A DNA stretch of 63,866 bases, counting the filler, from Octopus bimaculoides (lineage: Eukaryota), in the NCBI RefSeq assembly GCF_001194135.2. It is 8 parts of 7 records of this genome, joined end to end, with 100 filler letters (N's around TTAATTAATTAA, not from the genome) between each part and the next. Parts side by side here need not be neighbours in the genome. Positions count along the whole stretch, not along the records: positions 55,601 to 62,701 come from NC_069009.1; positions 62,802 to 63,866 come from NW_026388087.1; 6 more parts are not named here. One strand, given 5' to 3'. Of the stretch, positions 60,400 through 63,866 are shown piece by piece; the stretch's first letter is position 1, and every line of letters begins with the position of its first letter. The position numbers were made by a program, and so were the translations under genes. The notes beneath the pieces are model-generated. The model was given only the letters and a program-made list of their open reading frames with translations, ran no database searches and had not been told where the DNA came from.

Positions 60400-60991
60400 G
60401 TATGGAGAATTATTAGTGAAACACATAAACTGGAAACGAGAAAAGAAACATAATATAGCCTCATGATAGATAATGCTAATAATAATAATAATAATAACTG
60501 TAATAATAGTGGAAAATATAAGCTGGTAAGAACCAGCTCTTTCTTGCGTAGATGGAAGAATTCACCTGTTTCTTTTTTTCAAGTGGACAACAGAGAGAGA
60601 ATCCAGCACAGCGACAGCATCTCCAGCAACCAGCATCCTAAATATCATGGATGTTGCAGAAACGGTCCCAAGAGGAACTTTGGATCCTACTTCGGTGTCA
60701 TTGGCTTGGTTTCAGTTTTTTTTTTTTTTTGGTTTTTTTTTTNNNNNNNNNNNNNNNNNNNNNNNNNNNNNNNNNNNNNNNNNNNNNNNNNNNNNNNNNN
60801 NNNNNNNNNNNNNNNNNNNNNNNNNNNNNNNNNNNNNNNNNNNNNNNNNNNNNNNNNNNNNNNNNNNNNNNNNNNNNNNNNNNNNNNNNNNNNNNNNNNN
60901 NNNNNNNNNNNNNNNNNNNNNNNNNNNNNNNNNNNNNNNNNNNNNNNNNNNNNNNNNNNNNNNNNNNNNNNNNNNNNNNNNNNNNNNNNNN

Positions 60992-61330
60992 GATGTGCAG
61001 TCGTAGGATCGCGGTTTCAATTCCCAGACCGGGCGTTGTGCTTATTGAGTGAAGACACTTAAAACTCCACGAGGCTCCGGCAGGGGATGGCGGCGAACCC
61101 TACTGTACTCTTCCACCACAACTTTCTCTCACTCTTTCTTCCTGTTTCTGTTGTACCTGTATTTCAAAGGGTCAGCCTTGTCATACTCTGTGTCACGCTG
61201 AATCTCTCCGAGAACTACGTTAAGGGTACACGTGTCTGTGGAGTGCTCGGCCACTTGCACATTAATTTCACTAGCAGGCTGTTCCATTGATTGGATCAAC
61301 TGAAACAGTCACTGTAGCCGACAGAGTGCC
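60992..61330 (+). mobile_element. tRNA-derived SINE related to family E, head partly in gap
   Basis: ggtttcaattcccagacc...ccacaactttctctca shared with 11094-11395; different 3' part. Confidence 0.8.
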
Positions 61331-61354
61331 ACGATATCAATATAATATATGTGA

Positions 61355-61492
61355 TTGGCATAGGAAGAGTATCCAGCTGTAGAAAACCATTCCAAATTAG
61401 ACTGGAGTCTGGTGCAGCCTTCCAGGATGCCAACCTCGTCAAGCCATCCAACCCATGCCAGCATGGACAACAGATGTTAAATGATATGATGA
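61355..61492 (+). mobile_element. RTE-type 3' tail fragment
   Basis: ggaagagtatccagctgtagaaa...ccaacccatgccagcatgg...gttaaatgat is homologous to 45555-45689. Confidence 0.85.
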
Positions 61493-61926
61493 TATATGTA
61501 TTATATAAGTATGATACATATACATTATATATATGTGTGTGTATATGTAATATGTATGATGTGTGTTACAATATGTATTATACATAAATATATACATATA
61601 TTTCTATTGCAAGATTATATATATATATATCATACCTTGATACTGTATTGAGTGGAATCTTGGTTGACATGGCCACTGATATTAATTGAAGTGTTGAATA
61701 TACATGTTATGGAAACTAGTTTGCCCCAGTTCTCTTTAGTTACTGGTTTTGTTGTGTATATAAACGGATTGGCTGCCTGTTTCTCTGGGATTGATTGTGT
61801 GATAAAGACAAGTGAAAATCAATGAAGGCTGTCTGTCACTTTTACCATCAACAGAGGAATAGTTAAAATTGTCACGTTTTATGTCTCATAGCTAGTTTTT
61901 ATATTCATATATATATATGTATATAT

Positions 61927-62057
61927 AGGTGTAGGAGTGGCTGTGGTAAGTAGCTTGCTTACGAACCACATGGTTCCGGGTTCAGTCCCACTGCGTGGCA
62001 CCTTGGGCAAGTGTCTTCTAGTATAACCTTGAGCCGACCAAAGCCTTGTGAGTGGAT
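61927..62057 (+). mobile_element. SINE family A, 5' part
   Basis: ggagtggctgtggtaagtagc...ccgggttcagtcccactgcg. Confidence 0.92.
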
Positions 62058-62139
62058 ATAGTGGATATATATATATGTATGTATGTATATGTATGTGAGT
62101 GTATATGTATATATATGTGAGTGTATATGTATATATATG

Positions 62140-62182
<43 letters not shown>

Positions 62183-62281
62183 TCAATAATAGGATGAATT
62201 CTTTTACAAGAATTTATCAAGTAGCTAGCGTGAAAAAAACCTCATAAGGTAAAAAATCCATCAGTTATTCCCCAAAATATA

Positions 62282-62527
62282 TTTATTTATATAAGGGCAT
62301 TACTATACAAGAATGCCTCACGCTATGAGGGACTCTAAGGTCAGACTACCATAAAAAACACAAAAACTACGAAATCATGATCTATGATTCAGTCTGTTTT
62401 TAAGGGGTTGGCTTAGAGAGTTGCATTTCCTCGCGTTCGGTAAAAATGTGTTTTTTATGGTAGTCTGACCTTAGAGCCCCTCATAGCGTGAGGCATTATT
62501 GTATAGTAATGCCCTTATATAAATAAA
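62282..62527. mobile_element. MITE with about 80-bp TIRs, superfamily unassigned
   Basis: Arms 62282-62362 and 62447-62527 are near-perfect reverse complements. Confidence 0.85.
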
Positions 62528-62565
62528 AATATGTATATATGTATATATGTATATATACATGGAGG

Positions 62566-62617
62566 AATGGTGTTCATCTCCATTCTGGATGAAAGCAAAA
62601 TGGAGGCGAACACCATT
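62566..62617. other. 52-nt hairpin (micro-MITE or pre-miRNA-like)
   Basis: aatggtgttcatctccatt / aatggaggcgaacaccatt form a 19-bp stem with one mismatch and one G.U pair. Confidence 0.6.
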
Positions 62618-63866
62618 TAGCATTATGAGTTAATACTAAAACAAGAATATTCGGGGTCATTATGCAACATTTGCAATTATTTTTTGCAAAAAAAGAATGT
62701 TNNNNNNNNNNNNNNNNNNNNNNNNNNNNNNNNNNNNNNNNNNNNTTAATTAATTAANNNNNNNNNNNNNNNNNNNNNNNNNNNNNNNNNNNNNNNNNNN
62801 NGCAGTTAATGATGGGCTGACTCAGAGACTGGTTTACTTAACCCACCCCCACTTACACATACATATACATGTGTATGTGTGTTAGTACATCATAAATAAA
62901 TAAGGAAGAAATGTCTGATGATTAGAATGAAGGGGACAGGCAATAAATTCAGTATGGAAAATATTGTTTCAAAATAATGCTAATATAAATGTGTAAAAGT
63001 GTAAGGAACCTAACTTTAGTAACTTTATGTTAGAAATTGCACATAACTTTCAGAAAGTTATGATGGAACCAAGATAAAATTAATTCGTATAAAAAATAAA
63101 TACTTGGAATTATTATATTAATATAATAAAACACAAATGGAATCACAAAGAAAGGTGTTTTTAGAAAATACGAAACTATGGCTATCAGTAGACATGTTTA
63201 AAGTAGAACATTGAAGAAAAGCAGAATAAGATAATGAGCAGAAAGAAGGATATTTAAGATTTGCTTCACCAAACTTCTGCATTTGTTAAATTAAAGTGAC
63301 ATACTTCATTTTAGATTCAATAGATTTCCTCAGAATTAATAATAATATTGAAGAATTTCATAAAGAACACAAGTACAAGGCAACTACTAATAGATATAAC
63401 TTGTACACAATACTGCAGTGAAATATTCTGTAAATCTCAGATTTTGTAACAAAACATTAACATCTAGGAGCCTTGGAAGGGAACACTGAATAGCATTACA
63501 GAATATAGATATAAGATTCTTGAGATTTACTATTTCAGAAATGGATTTTCGGAAAAGTTAGAATGTTGAATAAAACTTTTGCCGTATTTAGTTACAAATT
63601 ATTATGCACAGTGCTAAAATTGCTTTAAGATTAACCTTATTTTATCAACACAAAAAGTGAGATTAAATACAAACCAAATAACTGAGTTGATTTACTGTAA
63701 ATTAAAATCTAAAAACAGAAACTGAAAACTAACAAAAACTGATGAATAAAACGTTATTGATGCATGTTCTCCTATAAGATGAAATATTGTCATATTATTG
63801 ATATTTTCTTTTAATGTACTCCTTACTAAAAATGTATTGCCTGTCTTGAGAAAATAATGATTTGTT

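Noticed and set aside
60580-60715. Possible frameshifted LQKTV..GT..ILR C-terminus of an R4/NeSL-type retroelement
   Set aside because: Needs two frameshifts over about 20 codons; not distinguishable from chance.

Overview
AT-rich, gap-riddled eukaryotic intronic or intergenic DNA with about 30 N gaps. The SINE, RTE and MITE families and the extreme microsatellite load look like a coleoid cephalopod (Octopus-like) genome; that is recognition from memory, not a database result. No intact protein-coding gene, rRNA, functional tRNA or CRISPR array is supportable, and most ORF-track entries are microsatellite or gap translations. Supported content: about 25 tRNA-derived SINE copies or fragments; decayed non-LTR retrotransposons (a 5'-truncated RTE at 42737-45689 on +, an RTE at 47450-49339 on - ending in three C2H2 fingers, several RTE 3' fragments, an APE endonuclease relic); hAT non-autonomous elements with 8-bp TSDs; a TTAA piggyBac-like MITE array; a Helitron derivative; and several long fold-back repeats. 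The most interesting signals are (i) self-cleaving-ribozyme relics: a near-canonical type I hammerhead at 15928-15985 on -, degenerate hammerheads at 7950, 50742 and about 58870, and a probable HDV-like relic on a bipartite non-autonomous RTE at 57497-57860; and (ii) a hAT element that appears to have captured a tRNA-like Pol III unit at the DNA level. Short candidate exons occur on both strands but are at or near splice-signal background, so they are low confidence.
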